From NCBI GenBank assembly GCA_965219915.1, contig OZ244794.1, positions 708,322 through 772,321 on the forward strand: DNA of 64,000 bases, written 5' to 3'. The stretch's first letter is position 1. Each line of letters opens with the position of its first letter. The translations under genes and the position numbers were made by a program. This document shows, one piece after another, positions 18,456-29,819 of this stretch. The stretch is from Rhodothermales bacterium. GTDB taxonomy: Bacteria; Bacteroidota; Rhodothermia; Rhodothermales; Bin80. The notes under the pieces were generated by a model that was not told the DNA's origin, ran no database searches, and worked only from the letters and a program-made list of their open reading frames with translations.

Positions 18456-19832
18456 ATGAGTACGCTCATGACTTTTCGGCTCCCCTTACTGTTATCTTCG
18501 CGCATGTTTTGTGTGGGCTTGCTGGCCTTCGTCACTCTTGCTGCGTCAGCCCAGGTACCCCAGGAAATTACATTTCAGGATGCAGTACGCATCGCGTTGG
18601 ACCAGAATATTCAGTTGCGACAAAGCGCCAATCAGTTGCGGCTCAGTGAGATTGATGTTCGGTCTGCACGTGCGGCATATTTGCCAAGTTTTAACCTGAG
18701 CACAGGAGGCGGGACAAACTTCGGGTTGTCTTTTGACACAAATGTTGGTGAGCTTCGCACAACGGCCAACTCACGATTCAATATGAGCGCGCGCACGTCA
18801 GTGACGCTGTTTGATGGTTTCCAGAGACAGTCGAATCTTCGTCAGAGTCGATTCGACGTGACCGCAAACGACCTGAATCTTGAACGTCAGCGCCAGTGGG
18901 TGGTGTTCGAAGTTGCAACCCAGTTTCTCCTCTATATCCAGCAGAGTGAACAGATTGAGGTTCAGCAGGAAAACCTTGCTGCTGCTCAGCAGCAACTGGC
19001 GCAGATTGAGGAGTTTGTACGGGTCGGGACACGCCCAGTGTCGGATCTGTACCAGCAACAGGCCGAAGTAGAATCCGCAGAGCTGGCGATACTCACGACC
19101 GAGCGGCAGGCGCAGAATGTGATGTACCAATTAATACAGACTTTACAATTGGATCCACTGGGCAGCTACGAGCTTGTGGTTCCGGAATTGCAGGACGAAT
19201 ACTTGGTACCGGAAGAGTATGACCTGGATGAGCTGATCACGCGTGCGCGGCAGCAGCGAAGTGATTTGCGTGCACAGGAGATTTCAGTGCTGGCAGCCCA
19301 GCAAGGGCTTCGCGCAGCGTCCAGCAGCATGTTACCGCAACTTGGATTTTCGGCAGGTGCAGGTACAAGCTATAACAGTGGGATTAAGGCGGTTGATTTT
19401 AGTGGGCAGTTGGAGCGGAACCGATCTGAGTCAATTTCGCTGTCGGTAAGTGTACCGGTTTTTAATGGTCTCCGTACACGTACCCAAAAGCAGCGTGCAC
19501 AGGTATCGTACGAAAATGCACGGCTCGCCGTTGAGAACACTCAGCAGCAGGTCGGAAATGAAGTTCGGGCGGCGTATCATGACTATCTGATAGCTGAAAA
19601 GGAGTTGGAGGTATCTGAGAGGCAGTTGGTTTACCGGCAGCAGGCGTTGGATGCTGCTCGGGAGCAATACAATGTGGGCGCTGCTACGCTCGTTGAACTC
19701 ACACAGGCGCAGTCTGCTTTTGTACAGGCGTCCCAAGAAGCAATCACCGCACGATACACTATTTTTGTGCGTAAACGAATGATTCGTTATTTCACTGGTG
19801 AACTGGATCCAAACCAACCATTATTTGACTAG
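18456..19832 (+). CDS. TolC-family outer-membrane efflux protein
   Basis: Signal peptide from ATG 18456 (MSTLMTFRLPLLLSS...AASAQ). Duplicated coiled/beta TolC repeats are present (ITFQDAVRIALDQNIQLRQ...). The track start at 18345 adds an implausible Cys-rich leader. Confidence 0.85.
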   Translation: MSTLMTFRLPLLLSSRMFCVGLLAFVTLAASAQVPQEITFQDAVRIALDQNIQLRQSANQLRLSEIDVRSARAAYLPSFNLSTGGGTNFGLSFDTNVGELRTTANSRFNMSARTSVTLFDGFQRQSNLRQSRFDVTANDLNLERQRQWVVFEVATQFLLYIQQSEQIEVQQENLAAAQQQLAQIEEFVRVGTRPVSDLYQQQAEVESAELAILTTERQAQNVMYQLIQTLQLDPLGSYELVVPELQDEYLVPEEYDLDELITRARQQRSDLRAQEISVLAAQQGLRAASSSMLPQLGFSAGAGTSYNSGIKAVDFSGQLERNRSESISLSVSVPVFNGLRTRTQKQRAQVSYENARLAVENTQQQVGNEVRAAYHDYLIAEKELEVSERQLVYRQQALDAAREQYNVGAATLVELTQAQSAFVQASQEAITARYTIFVRKRMIRYFTGELDPNQPLFD

Positions 19833-19839
19833 GATTCCC

Positions 19840-21204
19840 ATGGCAAAGAAAAAAAATCGAACTCGTAACCTTCTAATATTTGTCGCAATAGCAGTGGTCC
19901 TTCTGGTGGCTCTGGGTTTTGTTGGGCAGCGTATCTTCGGTGGTCCCAGTGCAGAGCGCGTGGAGATTGTCACAGCGGAATTACGGACGGTCACACAAAC
20001 GGTGACCGCGTCTGGGCGTGTGCAGCCGGAGGTGGAAATCGTGATTAGCCCGGATGTCTCGGGTGAAGTTGTGCAGTTACCTGTCGTTGAAGGTCAGCAG
20101 GTCCGCAGGGGAGAGCTTCTTGCACGTATCAAACCGGATTATTACGAGGCTCAGGTGGAGCAGGCGGAAGCACAGCTTTCGCAGGCCAAGGCGAACCTGT
20201 CTCAACGCGAAGCAAGCCTGCTACTACAGGAACAGATACTCGACCGACAACGTCAGCTTTACGAAGCACAGGTTATCCCTCTTGACGAATATGAGCAGAG
20301 CGAAACCCAGTACAAGATCGCCAAGACAGATCTGGACGCGGCAACGTTTAATGTGGAGAGTTCAGAGGCACGTCTGCGGGAGGTCGAGGAACAACTCAGC
20401 AAAACCGCACTCTACGCCCCGATGTCTGGAACGGTAAGCCAATTGGATATTGAGTTGGGTGAGCGGGTGACGGGCAACGAGCTTCAGGCGGGCACTACGG
20501 TTATGAAGGTAGCCCGTTTGGACCAGATGGAATTGGAAGTGGAAGTCAGTGAGAACGATGTGGTCAACGTTGCGCTTGGTGACACCGCCTCCATTGAAGT
20601 GGATGCCTACCCTGAGCGCTTTTTCAAAGGAATCGTTACGGAGATCGCAAATTCGGCTCGACTGCAAGGAAGTACATTTCAGGAGCAGGTGACGAATTTT
20701 CCAGTCAAAATCCGAATCCTGGATTCCCATAATCCAGCTTCGCAGGCTCCCGGCGTTCTAAACGAGACGCCTGCGGTTCAGGACTATCCGAGCTTCAGGC
20801 CGGGTATGAGTGGGACCGTCGATATCTTTACAAACACGGTCACCGAGGTCGTTGCTGTTCCAATTCAGGCCGTGACCGTGAGGGATTTTAAAAATATTAA
20901 TAGGGCTCGTGCCCGGCGAGCCACTAGTTCGGGATCAGACTCGACAGCGGCAGACGACAATGAGGCTGGATCGGCTTCATTCTCGGATGAAGAAGATCTG
21001 CAGCGGATGGTATTTGTAGTGAATGGCGAGATGAAGGCGATTGCGACTGCAGTCGAAACAGGAATTTCTGACGATCAGTTTATTGAAATCAAGTCAGGTC
21101 TGGAAGAGGGACAGCGGGTCGTGAATGGTCCATACAGTGCCGTAAGCCGTGAACTCGGCGATGGAGACCTGGTCGAGGAACGTGGATTCCGAGGTAGCAG
21201 ATGA
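19840..21204 (+). CDS. Efflux transporter periplasmic adaptor (HlyD/MacA-type membrane fusion protein)
   Basis: [10 protein letters not shown] plus a TM anchor, lipoyl-like motifs ([39 protein letters not shown]), a long coiled coil, and a beta-barrel domain. Confidence 0.85.
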   Translation: MAKKKNRTRNLLIFVAIAVVLLVALGFVGQRIFGGPSAERVEIVTAELRTVTQTVTASGRVQPEVEIVISPDVSGEVVQLPVVEGQQVRRGELLARIKPDYYEAQVEQAEAQLSQAKANLSQREASLLLQEQILDRQRQLYEAQVIPLDEYEQSETQYKIAKTDLDAATFNVESSEARLREVEEQLSKTALYAPMSGTVSQLDIELGERVTGNELQAGTTVMKVARLDQMELEVEVSENDVVNVALGDTASIEVDAYPERFFKGIVTEIANSARLQGSTFQEQVTNFPVKIRILDSHNPASQAPGVLNETPAVQDYPSFRPGMSGTVDIFTNTVTEVVAVPIQAVTVRDFKNINRARARRATSSGSDSTAADDNEAGSASFSDEEDLQRMVFVVNGEMKAIATAVETGISDDQFIEIKSGLEEGQRVVNGPYSAVSRELGDGDLVEERGFRGSR

Positions 21205-21947
21205 ATAACGGGACAAGCGGTCATCCGCTGATTCAGCTACGCGATGTAAGGAAGCTTTATCCTATGGGTACGGAGATTGTCCGCGCCTTGGATGGAGTGA
21301 GCCTGGATGTGTACCCGAACGAATACGTAGCGGTCATGGGTCCCAGTGGTTCCGGCAAGTCCACGCTCATGAACATGATCGGTTGCCTGGATACACCTAC
21401 GGATGGGAGCTATCTCCTTCGCGGGCACAATGTGGGTGAGATGGTTGATCACGAACTAGCAGAAATCCGCAATCGTGAGGTCGGATTTGTTTTTCAAACC
21501 TTCAATCTATTGCCGCGCGTCAACTGTCTGCAGAACGTAGAGCTCCCGCTCATATACAGCGGCAAGACACGTGGCCAGCGCCGTCAAATGGCTGCACATG
21601 CACTGGAGCAGGTTGGATTGTCGGACCGGGTGACACATAAACCCAACGAACTGTCCGGTGGACAGCGCCAACGGGTCGCTGTTGCACGCGCCTTGGTAAA
21701 TAATCCTGCATTGGTTCTAGCCGATGAACCCACCGGAAACCTTGATACCAAGACGGGTCGAGAGATCATGTTTCTTTTCGAGACACTTTACCGCAGGGGC
21801 AACACGATCATGGTGGTAACTCATGAAGAAGAGGTTGCCCATCATGCGCGCCGCATTGTTCGCTTGCTGGATGGTTTGGTAGAGAGCGATGTTCGCGTTG
21901 AAAACCCTATACTGGCCGGCCAGGATACATCTGCTGTGCTGGGTTGA
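21201..21947 (+). CDS. ABC transporter ATP-binding protein (MacB/LolD-type ATPase, no fused permease)
   Basis: Walker [10 protein letters not shown], signature [15 protein letters not shown], Walker [14 protein letters not shown] 4-nt overlap joins it to the adaptor gene. Confidence 0.9.
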   Translation: MNNGTSGHPLIQLRDVRKLYPMGTEIVRALDGVSLDVYPNEYVAVMGPSGSGKSTLMNMIGCLDTPTDGSYLLRGHNVGEMVDHELAEIRNREVGFVFQTFNLLPRVNCLQNVELPLIYSGKTRGQRRQMAAHALEQVGLSDRVTHKPNELSGGQRQRVAVARALVNNPALVLADEPTGNLDTKTGREIMFLFETLYRRGNTIMVVTHEEEVAHHARRIVRLLDGLVESDVRVENPILAGQDTSAVLG

Positions 21948-22043
21948 GAGAAAGCATGCCGGCCAATGGGCGTTGAGCAGGAGCCGGCGGTCAGGCTGGC
22001 AGTGGTTTTCGTTCAGGTTGGATCGACTCCAGCACCGTGGTAG

Positions 22044-22529
22044 TTAGTTTGGTTCACAGTCCAGTGCTTCCTCAATTTGCACAAACCTGACTGGATCCTG
22101 TGTTCGACGGATCCGAACGGCTTCAAAAGCAACCCCGGTTGAAAAAGATGGACGACAATCGGGGCCCGGGGAGAACAGCCGATAGGTTGCAACCACTGTA
22201 TCCCTAAGACTTTCAACGAGCTCAAAACGAAGGTCATATCCTCCCGCATTAACGTCAACAGCGGCAAGGAGGACCATTTCTGTTTCAAAGTCTGGTGACG
22301 TGAAGGGCATCAACGGCTGAAGTGAATCCGTATATGCGGTCCATGTATCCACATCTGTGATCAAGCGTATGGTGGTTGTGTCGATGGAAGCCTGAAGTCC
22401 GCGGCCCAGTGACACATAGGGGAGGAGTTTGGCTAGGTCTTCTTCTGTCAGTTCAGGTAGTGGCGCGGTCTCACAACTTGCAGAAAGCAGTAATGTCGAG
22501 ATCAATATTATGGAACTAAGTTTTTGCAT
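22044..22529 (-). CDS. Lipoprotein, possibly PrcB-like C-terminal domain
   Basis: The lipobox is MQKLSSIILISTLLLSAS|C from ATG 22529. The AAVDVNAGGYDLRFELVE block resembles the PrcB_C GGY motif. The family call is tentative. Confidence 0.45.
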   Translation of the reverse strand: MQKLSSIILISTLLLSASCETAPLPELTEEDLAKLLPYVSLGRGLQASIDTTTIRLITDVDTWTAYTDSLQPLMPFTSPDFETEMVLLAAVDVNAGGYDLRFELVESLRDTVVATYRLFSPGPDCRPSFSTGVAFEAVRIRRTQDPVRFVQIEEALDCEPN

Positions 22530-22574
22530 TAGCGTGTCAATGGTTCGTAACGCGTTCGTGTACATAAACTACTC

Positions 22575-22877
22575 ATGCCGCTTAAAACAGTTGATGTTGA
22601 TGCGCTGGTTGAACAAACAGGTAACCTGTTTGAAGCCGTTGCGATCCTTTCGAAACGCTCGCGCCAAGCCGCGATTAAAATGAAGTCGGAACTTGATACG
22701 CGCCTCGCGTACTTTGAGGGTTTCGATCCCGAACTGGAGGATCCGCATTTTCAGGAAGAACAGCGCCGCATATCTATTGAGCACGAGGAGCGACCCAAGC
22801 CGACGGAGGTTGCGGTCGAGGAAATGTTCAATTCCGAAATATACTTCCGGGATCCCACCACGGAGCCGGAAATCTAG
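22575..22877 (+). CDS. rpoZ: DNA-directed RNA polymerase subunit omega
   Basis: 100 aa. The N-terminal [15 protein letters not shown] matches the conserved omega helix (NxYExVxxxxKRARQ). It sits directly upstream of uvrA. Confidence 0.75.
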   Translation: MPLKTVDVDALVEQTGNLFEAVAILSKRSRQAAIKMKSELDTRLAYFEGFDPELEDPHFQEEQRRISIEHEERPKPTEVAVEEMFNSEIYFRDPTTEPEI

Positions 22878-22895
22878 GGCGCAGCCCGGCCTGTC

Positions 22896-25802
22896 ATGGA
22901 AGGCCAAAATAGAGAACGCCCGGACGAGTATATTCTCGTCCGAGGTGCGCGTGAGCACAACCTGAGGGATGTGAATGTGGATGTTCCGCGCGACGAGTTG
23001 GTTGTCGTAACTGGTCTATCAGGTTCGGGAAAGAGTTCACTCGCCTTTGATACTGTTTATGCAGAGGGTCAGCGACGATACCTGGAAAGCCTGAGTGCAT
23101 ATGCACGGCAGTTTGTTGGGATGCCTGAACGTCCCGACGTTGATCATATCGAAGGGCTCTCCCCGGTCATTGCGATTGATCAGAAGACCGTCTCCAGGAG
23201 TTCGCGGTCAACGGTTGGTACGGTTACCGAGATATACGATTTTCTGCGACTGCTCTATGCACGCGCAGCGACCTCCTTCTCGGCAGCATCGGGCAAACCG
23301 CTTATCAGGCAGTCTACGGGCGAGATAATTGCAGCGATCCAGGAGTACCCTGTGAATTCAGAAATTGCGCTGCTTGCGCCTGTAGTTCGAGGTCGCAAAG
23401 GACATTATGGGGAACTCTTCGAGAGGGTGTCTCGCCAAGGCTATACCAGAGTTCGCGTCAATGGTAAGATCCGTGAGATCAAGCCTGGTATGAAGGTTGC
23501 CAGGTACAGAACGCACAACATCGAGATTGTAGTAGATCGTTTGCGGATTGAGGAAGGTATGGGGGCTCGCATAGCTCACTCGGTCAAGACCGCACTGGGG
23601 TTGGGGAAAGGAGTCTTGATTCTGGCAGAAGCGTCTGAAAAGGATCGCATCTTCAGTCGTCACCTATATGATCCTGAAACAGGAGAGTCCTATCAGGAGG
23701 CCTCGCCGAGGACTTTTTCTTTCAACTCACCGTTCAGTGCCTGCAAGGTATGTCGTGGCCTCGGCATACAGGATTGCTGGAATGAAGAATTGCTTGTGCC
23801 GGACCGCTCGCTCAGTATCAAAAACGACGCAATAGAACTCCTTGATTCCTGGAGGGACCAATACTTCATTGACGAGATAGCGTCGGTCTTAGAGAAACGG
23901 GGCTTTTCTTTAGATACGCCCGTGAAGGAGATCAGTAAAACTGCGTGGAATGAGGTACTGCATGGTTCCCATAAATACCATCAGATGATGGTGGGTGGCA
24001 CCAAGTACGCCTACAAATCACCAGATGGGCGGGGCGTTTACAGCTTTTTGGACACGCGATATAAATTTGCAGACAAAAGGGAGCGAAGAGAACTTGACTG
24101 TTACAGGACGAGTCGGCCGTGCACCGAATGTAAGGGGGGCCGTCTTTCCAGTGAGGCGCTTTCGTACAGAATTGCCGGAAAGACGATTGCTGACCTGACG
24201 CAGATGGATCTGATTGGTCTGCGTGAGTTCTTGAATACAGTTCGTTTTGGCAAACGACAAGCCCAGATTGCTGCACCCATTATTAAGGAGGTCCAGGAAC
24301 GCCTGATGTTCATGGTTGATGTTGGGGTTGGTTATCTAACCTTGGATCGACCGGCTGCCACATTATCCGGCGGAGAAAGCCAGCGTATTCGACTGGCCAC
24401 ACAGATTGGTACACAGTTAACAGGAGTCTTATATGTTCTGGATGAGCCCTCTATTGGGTTACATGCTCGGGATAACCGGCGTTTGATAGCATCCCTGCGC
24501 AGGTTACGTGATCTAGGCAACTCAATCCTGGTCGTTGAGCATGATCGCGATATGATAGAGTCAGCAGATCATATCATTGACATAGGGCCCGGTGCTGGTG
24601 ATCAAGGTGGGGAGGTTGTGTATGCTGGATCTCCTGCAATGTTACGGCAAAATGGCAGTTCAAAAAAGGGATTGACCTTGCCTTATCTCTTGGGACAGCG
24701 TCGCATAGAAATTCCAGAGAAGCGTCGGGAGACACAAAAGCAAGTCATTGTGCTTTCCGGGGCAACGGGCAACAACTTGAAGAACGTCACGCTCACCCTG
24801 CCCCTTGGGACGTTCGTTTGTGTGACCGGTGTCAGCGGATCGGGAAAGAGTTCGCTCATTAACCAAACGCTTGTTCCTGCACTCACGTACCGGATGAATC
24901 CTCGTACCCGGGTACGAGGATTGCCGTATGAGAAGCTGGATGGGTATTCGTTGATTGATAAGTTGATCAACATTGATCAAAAGCCAATTGGGCGAACGCC
25001 TCGGTCAAATCCGGCCACGTACATCAACTTGTTCACGGAAATCCGGCAGTTGTTTGCTAAACTACCGCTGTCAAAAGCACGGGGCTATAAGCCGGGACGA
25101 TTTTCGTTCAATGTGCGAGGCGGGAGATGCGAGACCTGTTCCGGGGCGGGTATTGATCGCCTGGAGATGAATTTTTTGCCTGATGTATATGTAGAGTGCG
25201 AGACCTGTCAGGGCAGGCGTTACAATCAGGAAACATTGGAGGTGTCCTACAAGGGTAAAACCATTTCGGATGTTCTGAACATGCGTGTAACCGAGGCGGC
25301 AGCCTTTTTTGCCAATCTGCCCAAGATTGCCAAGAAGCTGGACACGCTTCTCTCGGTTGGTCTGGGGTACATACGTTTAGGGCAGCAGTCAACCACGATT
25401 TCTGGGGGAGAGGCGCAGCGCGTGAAGCTGGCCAAAGAGCTTTCACGTTCGGCAATAGGGCGGACACTGTATCTATTTGATGAGCCAACGACGGGACTGC
25501 ATTTTGAAGATATCCGGTTATTTCTGAATGTTTTGCAGGAACTGGTGGACAGAGGCAATACGGTGCTTGTGATAGAACATAACCCGGATGTGATAAAAGT
25601 TGCGGATTACATTGTGGATATGGGCCCGGAGGGAGGTGAGGCAGGTGGAGAGATTCTTTTTGCTGGTTCCCCAGAGGGAATGAGTCGTCAAAATACTCAT
25701 ACAGCAGACTTGCTCAGGGAAATATTTTCGGGTGTGCAAGGCGAGCACGTTTCTGGTGATCCGGCAATTGAACCCGAAAGATCCCCCATGTATGGAGTCT
25801 GA
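22896..25802 (+). CDS. uvrA: Excinuclease ABC subunit A
   Basis: 968 aa. Two ABC modules ([48 protein letters not shown]) and zinc modules ([30 protein letters not shown]). Confidence 0.97.
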   Translation: MEGQNRERPDEYILVRGAREHNLRDVNVDVPRDELVVVTGLSGSGKSSLAFDTVYAEGQRRYLESLSAYARQFVGMPERPDVDHIEGLSPVIAIDQKTVSRSSRSTVGTVTEIYDFLRLLYARAATSFSAASGKPLIRQSTGEIIAAIQEYPVNSEIALLAPVVRGRKGHYGELFERVSRQGYTRVRVNGKIREIKPGMKVARYRTHNIEIVVDRLRIEEGMGARIAHSVKTALGLGKGVLILAEASEKDRIFSRHLYDPETGESYQEASPRTFSFNSPFSACKVCRGLGIQDCWNEELLVPDRSLSIKNDAIELLDSWRDQYFIDEIASVLEKRGFSLDTPVKEISKTAWNEVLHGSHKYHQMMVGGTKYAYKSPDGRGVYSFLDTRYKFADKRERRELDCYRTSRPCTECKGGRLSSEALSYRIAGKTIADLTQMDLIGLREFLNTVRFGKRQAQIAAPIIKEVQERLMFMVDVGVGYLTLDRPAATLSGGESQRIRLATQIGTQLTGVLYVLDEPSIGLHARDNRRLIASLRRLRDLGNSILVVEHDRDMIESADHIIDIGPGAGDQGGEVVYAGSPAMLRQNGSSKKGLTLPYLLGQRRIEIPEKRRETQKQVIVLSGATGNNLKNVTLTLPLGTFVCVTGVSGSGKSSLINQTLVPALTYRMNPRTRVRGLPYEKLDGYSLIDKLINIDQKPIGRTPRSNPATYINLFTEIRQLFAKLPLSKARGYKPGRFSFNVRGGRCETCSGAGIDRLEMNFLPDVYVECETCQGRRYNQETLEVSYKGKTISDVLNMRVTEAAAFFANLPKIAKKLDTLLSVGLGYIRLGQQSTTISGGEAQRVKLAKELSRSAIGRTLYLFDEPTTGLHFEDIRLFLNVLQELVDRGNTVLVIEHNPDVIKVADYIVDMGPEGGEAGGEILFAGSPEGMSRQNTHTADLLREIFSGVQGEHVSGDPAIEPERSPMYGV

Positions 25803-25950
25803 TTCATCAGGTGTGTAAAGGAAAAAATAATCGTCAAGGAGCAAGATTAGCCCTAAAGTCTCCCAATTCTACTTGGGCATTTTTTGAATTCAACGCTTAC
25901 AATGCAACTCGCTGTTCGCTTCTTTGCGCGAGTGCCTCATGGAACGAAAG
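25569..25950 (+). repeat. uvrA-tail repeat copy A1 (last 234 nt of intact uvrA plus ~150 nt downstream)
   Basis: Collinear with 28002..28388 over ~385 nt. Shares the uninterrupted blocks CTGGTGATCCGGCAATT and CCCGAAAGATCCC. Confidence 0.85.
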
Positions 25951-26080
25951 AAATTTGTCCTTGGACATCAATAGATTAGCAATCTGATAATGTGCAGCTT
26001 AACTGGTGGCAGGCCGAAGTATACAGGAAGAAGTAGTCACAGTGGTCAAGACTTGCCAAGGGCAGGCGCCGGGGACCCGG

Positions 26081-27925
26081 TCAAGGTAGAGTCTTAAACC
26101 AAGTCTTGATCTTCTGGGCCATCAATTCTCTGCGTAAAGCCAAAAATTCATCGTAATCAGGAACTGATCCGTCGAGGAGGGATAGAGGAATGCAGTTTTG
26201 CTTAAAGTTTTCCTCCAATTCTGCACGTTTAGTGATTCCTCCATACCGGATTTTTCCACCGCTAACTTGTTCAAGTAGTTGAGGGAAGTATATCATTGGC
26301 GGCGTGTCAGATATGGCGATGTTGATTGGGCTTTCGGTGAATGCATAGTTGGCGATCTGATTGTACCGTCCCCGGGGGAGTTTCTGTTTCATCAGATATT
26401 TGCGTGGATATACATGATGACGATCTCCCCCACTGAGCAGTAGGTTTTGTACAGTAATTGCAGTTGAGAGAAACCCTTTATCACCGAGGAATGCCTGCGC
26501 CGCTTGATACGCAATAAAATAGGGACTTGTTGAGCTAGAGGTTTCCATGTCTTGAAGCAGCATACCCGTCCAATAGCTCTCAGGAAGTTCGTTTTCGATA
26601 GTGGTCTCTACATATGGGCGTAACCCCTGAGCAGCGATTTGGCGGATATCGAGGTCGAACATAGTCTCCGGGCTTCCTGAGTAACGTCTCGTGAGGATTG
26701 ACATTGCATACCATCGACGGGTCAAGCTTGCAACTTTGGATAGAGAGAGCCCCTTTTCACGCCCTTCCAGGTAAATAATGAAAGCAAAGTTGACAGCATT
26801 CTGACTACGGATCATCTTGGATGTAAGGAATCCCGAAGAGCGTAGAATCATGGTCAGCCGGTCGAAGTGGGTCTTGCTCATGAAGGCAGAGACACCTTTC
26901 TTCAACTGGTCGAAAGTATTATCTACGATCTCTTCTTCGTACTCGCGAGTCTCGAAATTACGACCCGATAGAAGGGATACCAGATCCTGTAGCTTGCCAC
27001 GCTTGAATTTTGAAGTAAATGCCACCCGTAGCATATCGGTATAGGTTGGATCGTAAAGGTCATCGTTTACCCCTTTTAGCCAAGTCATTTTTGGCCAAAA
27101 TGGAGAGTTCACAAAATCGGAGTCCTTTTTGATCTCCGGGAAGGATTCAGGAGCAACGGCTAAATGACAGAAGTAGTCAATGGCCTTACGCAAGAGTCCG
27201 CCTCCGTGGGTTTCATTTGCCGCGATTTTTGACATCGCGAAGTCTGCTTGGGAGAGAGTAGTACCAGCTGAGTTAACACGGATGAAAATTTCAGTTACTT
27301 GATCTATATCAAGTTGCGCATCCAGTGCAATGACCCCAACTTGGTTGTTGGCGATTTTGAGAACATCTTGGATTGCTTGGTGGACATACTTTGGTAAGGT
27401 ATTCTTATTGCGTTTAGTGTAAATCGTAACAAACTCATACTGATCAAATTCGGGAGCAAAGATCTCGGCAACATCATTAATCCAGGCCCGATCTTTTTCA
27501 ATGGCCGGATTGCATACATCGAAGCGTTTTTCCAAAGGATTGAACGCGATACGAATTCGCACTGATTTATAATCTTTGGTAAGTACTGGCTGTCCCAGGA
27601 GTGCCGCCATGAGTGCGGTAACTCGTTGTTGGCCGTCAATCAGTATGCGTTTTCCGTTCGAAAAAGTACCATCCTTTAGTTTGATTGAAGGGTTGCGCCA
27701 GGAAATCAGATAGCCGATCGGATAACCCTGATACAGTGAGTCAAGTAGATTGCGCACTTGTATTGAGTTCCATACAAAAGGACGCTGGATTTCGGGAATC
27801 GCAATATTGTTCGTCTTCACCCAAGTCAGCAAAGTCCCTACCATGTGAGAGGTAACAGAATATTGTTCTCGCATTGCCATCAGATGTTGCTCTTTGTTTG
27901 TATTATCCGAAATCGATCCCACCAC
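26081..27925 (-). CDS. DUF262 (ParB-like NTPase/nuclease) + C-terminal His-Me/DUF1524-like domain protein, GmrSD-family type IV restriction-like
   Basis: 614 aa. The N-terminus has [33 protein letters not shown] and [12 protein letters not shown] (DUF262 hallmarks). The C-terminus has [13 protein letters not shown]...[18 protein letters not shown] (an HxxP...N nuclease-like motif). Confidence 0.8.
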   Translation of the reverse strand: MVGSISDNTNKEQHLMAMREQYSVTSHMVGTLLTWVKTNNIAIPEIQRPFVWNSIQVRNLLDSLYQGYPIGYLISWRNPSIKLKDGTFSNGKRILIDGQQRVTALMAALLGQPVLTKDYKSVRIRIAFNPLEKRFDVCNPAIEKDRAWINDVAEIFAPEFDQYEFVTIYTKRNKNTLPKYVHQAIQDVLKIANNQVGVIALDAQLDIDQVTEIFIRVNSAGTTLSQADFAMSKIAANETHGGGLLRKAIDYFCHLAVAPESFPEIKKDSDFVNSPFWPKMTWLKGVNDDLYDPTYTDMLRVAFTSKFKRGKLQDLVSLLSGRNFETREYEEEIVDNTFDQLKKGVSAFMSKTHFDRLTMILRSSGFLTSKMIRSQNAVNFAFIIYLEGREKGLSLSKVASLTRRWYAMSILTRRYSGSPETMFDLDIRQIAAQGLRPYVETTIENELPESYWTGMLLQDMETSSSTSPYFIAYQAAQAFLGDKGFLSTAITVQNLLLSGGDRHHVYPRKYLMKQKLPRGRYNQIANYAFTESPINIAISDTPPMIYFPQLLEQVSGGKIRYGGITKRAELEENFKQNCIPLSLLDGSVPDYDEFLALRRELMAQKIKTWFKTLP

Positions 27926-28001
27926 AAGGTACTACAGATTCAGGAATTGGCATAAATATGTTGGTAGTTGCAAGCGGTACTCAGCAGCAAAATTTTTTGG
28001 A

Positions 28002-28388
28002 GTGATAGGGCACAACCCAGATGCAATAAAAGTTCCCGATTACAGTGCGGATATGGGTCTAGAGGGGGGCGAGGCCGGCGGGGAGATCCTTTTTGCTGGT
28101 TTTCCCGAGGAGATGGTTCGTCAAAATACCCATGCTGCAGACTTGTTCAGGCAATCATTTTCCGGTAAGCAATGCAATCAGGTTGCTGGTGATCCGGCAA
28201 TTTAGCCCGAAAGATCCCGATGTATGTAGTCTGATTCGTCGGCTATGTTTAGAACATTTATATTCGTCAAGGAGCAAGCTTAACCCCTCGAGTCCACCAA
28301 TCCTACATGGGCATTTATTGAATTCACCGCGCGCAACGCAGCTCGCTGCATTCTCGTGGCGAGTTCCTTCAGGAACGAAAAAATTGGG
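28002..28388 (+). pseudogene. Relic copy (A2) of the uvrA 3' end plus downstream flank
   Basis: Translation is [67 protein letters not shown]. The uvrA C-terminus reads [72 protein letters not shown]... A TAG replaces the GAA codon. The downstream flank is also collinear (tcgtcaaggagcaag..., gggcattt.ttgaattca..., ggaacgaaa). No upstream uvrA body is present. Confidence 0.85.
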
Positions 28389-28507
28389 GAATGATACGTC
28401 TAATAAGTGACCCACTTCAAATTCTTACCGATTATTGATCGTCCTGAGGGGCGTGTTCAGCAGTGTCTTTGCGTACTCTTCAGGATTCATAGGAATAGAT
28501 CTATTTA

Positions 28508-28815
28508 CTGCATCCCAATCCTTGGCGGTCTCGACGGCTAGTCAGTCTGGCATTAGCGCGTTTGGTCTCGAAGGACGGTAACGCATGGTTTCGGGTTTGC
28601 GAGAAGCTGCCGCGATCTTTGGGCCAGGCTATTAACCGGAGCAACATGGGTATCGGGAGGGACGAAGCGCCCAGCATGCGGTAAAGCGAATCCTCCATCT
28701 GTTGAACCGCAGCCACCTTGAAGGCGTGGACGCGGACTTATCTACCTACCTTGGCGAAATCCCACGCGCGGGATTGATGAAAAGCCTGGATCGTCGCATC
28801 AGTGACGTGCGGATG
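28508..28815 (+). pseudogene. Decayed reverse-transcriptase fragment (group II intron / retroelement-type RT motifs)
   Basis: Pieced together across two frames and two stops: ..PWRSRRLVSLALARLVSKDGNAWF.. / RMVSGLREAAAIFGPGY* / PEQHGYREGRSAQHAVKRILHLLNRSHLEGVDADLSTYLGEIPRAGLMKSLDRRISDVRM. This is collinear with the RT motifs xDRxxQ..L..vLEPIFE..F...SYGFRPGRSxHxAl and vvDADIxxFFDxIxHxxLmxxLxxRIxD. It is truncated before the YxDD motif. Confidence 0.5.
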
Positions 28816-28838
28816 CCTAGGGGTGGCGAAAAAATAAG

Positions 28839-29720
28839 TTATCCTGACATTTCTTCATGGTACCGCAATATTCCAGTGGGTTGCGGGCTTATAGTATAAT
28901 TCCACTGTGGGATTTCAGGATTCTGTTTTCGGTGAGTTGCGTCATTTGCTCGTCAGAAACTTTGGTTCCTTTCTCGTGGTCTCTTTGGATGGACTTTGCC
29001 GTGACGGTGAGTCGAGATTGTGTATTCGTGGTTCTCATATAGTTCAGTATGGTATCCATGGACTCTAGGGGGAGGTCGGTCCAGTTATTGGCGAGTTCAC
29101 TGGATGGGCTGTGTTCAGTGGAATTCCACTTTGATGCACCGCGGGGATAGTGTGCAACAGTCACCTTAGGATTAAACGGAGTTGCGAGGATATGCTGTAG
29201 GAAGTATTTCTACGGTCGGGGGCGATATCTATTGCTGCCTCCACTAACGGCAAGAATACTGAGTGCATGTACACGGGGATACTGGAATTGCCCCATTTCT
29301 TTCCACCAGTTTGCGATGCAGCCCACAGCAACTCGGGCGTATCATCGGAAGACCCGACAAAGAAGGACCCCGTGTTGCACGAAGGTCATACACGCCACTT
29401 GGGATAGTGATGCCGCTCGCTAAAGAGCGGAAGTCGTGATCACAAACTCACTTCGGTATTCGCAGCCAAGATGTGCCAGGATTGCGAAAGCACCCGATGA
29501 GTTCTTTTTTCTTGGCATCCACGCTTAGGCTAGGGAGGCATTCCGAGTTGGCCCGCGTCCGAAAAATAGGAATCTGCGTGAACTGCTGGTCTCGGTCAGG
29601 ACGCTGGGATCCGGACAACATATTGAGACTGTTGAAGAAAAGCGTTCAATTATGGAGGAGAAGATTTCAATCGTCAAGAGATCCTGAGTTCAACAAACTC
29701 TGCTTTGTTCAAATGAATCA
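28839..29720 (-). mobile_element. ISAzo13-family (DDE_Tnp_ISAZ013) transposase remnant, multiple stops/frameshifts, 5'-truncated
   Basis: Minus-strand pieces are ..QRPDRDQQF..SVDAKKKELIGCFRNPGTSW.. / PSGVYDLRATRG / ..WWKEMGQFQYPRVHALSILAVSGGSNRYRPRP*KYFLQHILATPFNPKVTVAHYPRGASKWNSTEH..LPLESMDTILNYMRTTNTQSRLTV..GTKVSDEQM.. / NYTISP. They are collinear with the conserved ISAzo13 transposase blocks (SVDTKKKELxGNFKN, PYGxYD, ADGGGSN, HYPPGxSKWNxIEH, WNYTIxP). Confidence 0.8.
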
Positions 29721-29819
29721 TTTCTCAACATTCTCTTGCACGATGTGAGTGTGTCGCATTACTTAATGAGATCCTGCACATTTGTTGATTATTCTCGTAC
29801 ATTCGCTTGGGGTTAACTA

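Noticed and set aside
27894-28205. 103-aa plus-strand ORF from the track.
   Set aside because: Its C-terminal 68 aa are the relic copy of the UvrA C-terminus, and its N-terminal part is read-through from unrelated spacer. It has no ABC body, so it is a pseudogene fragment rather than a gene.
28501-28716. 71-aa minus-strand ORF (MAAVQQMEDSLYRMLG...). I considered it as a possible integrase or transposase remnant.
   Set aside because: I recognised no recombinase motif. The opposite strand shows collinear RT motifs, so this is most likely an antisense artefact of the decayed RT.
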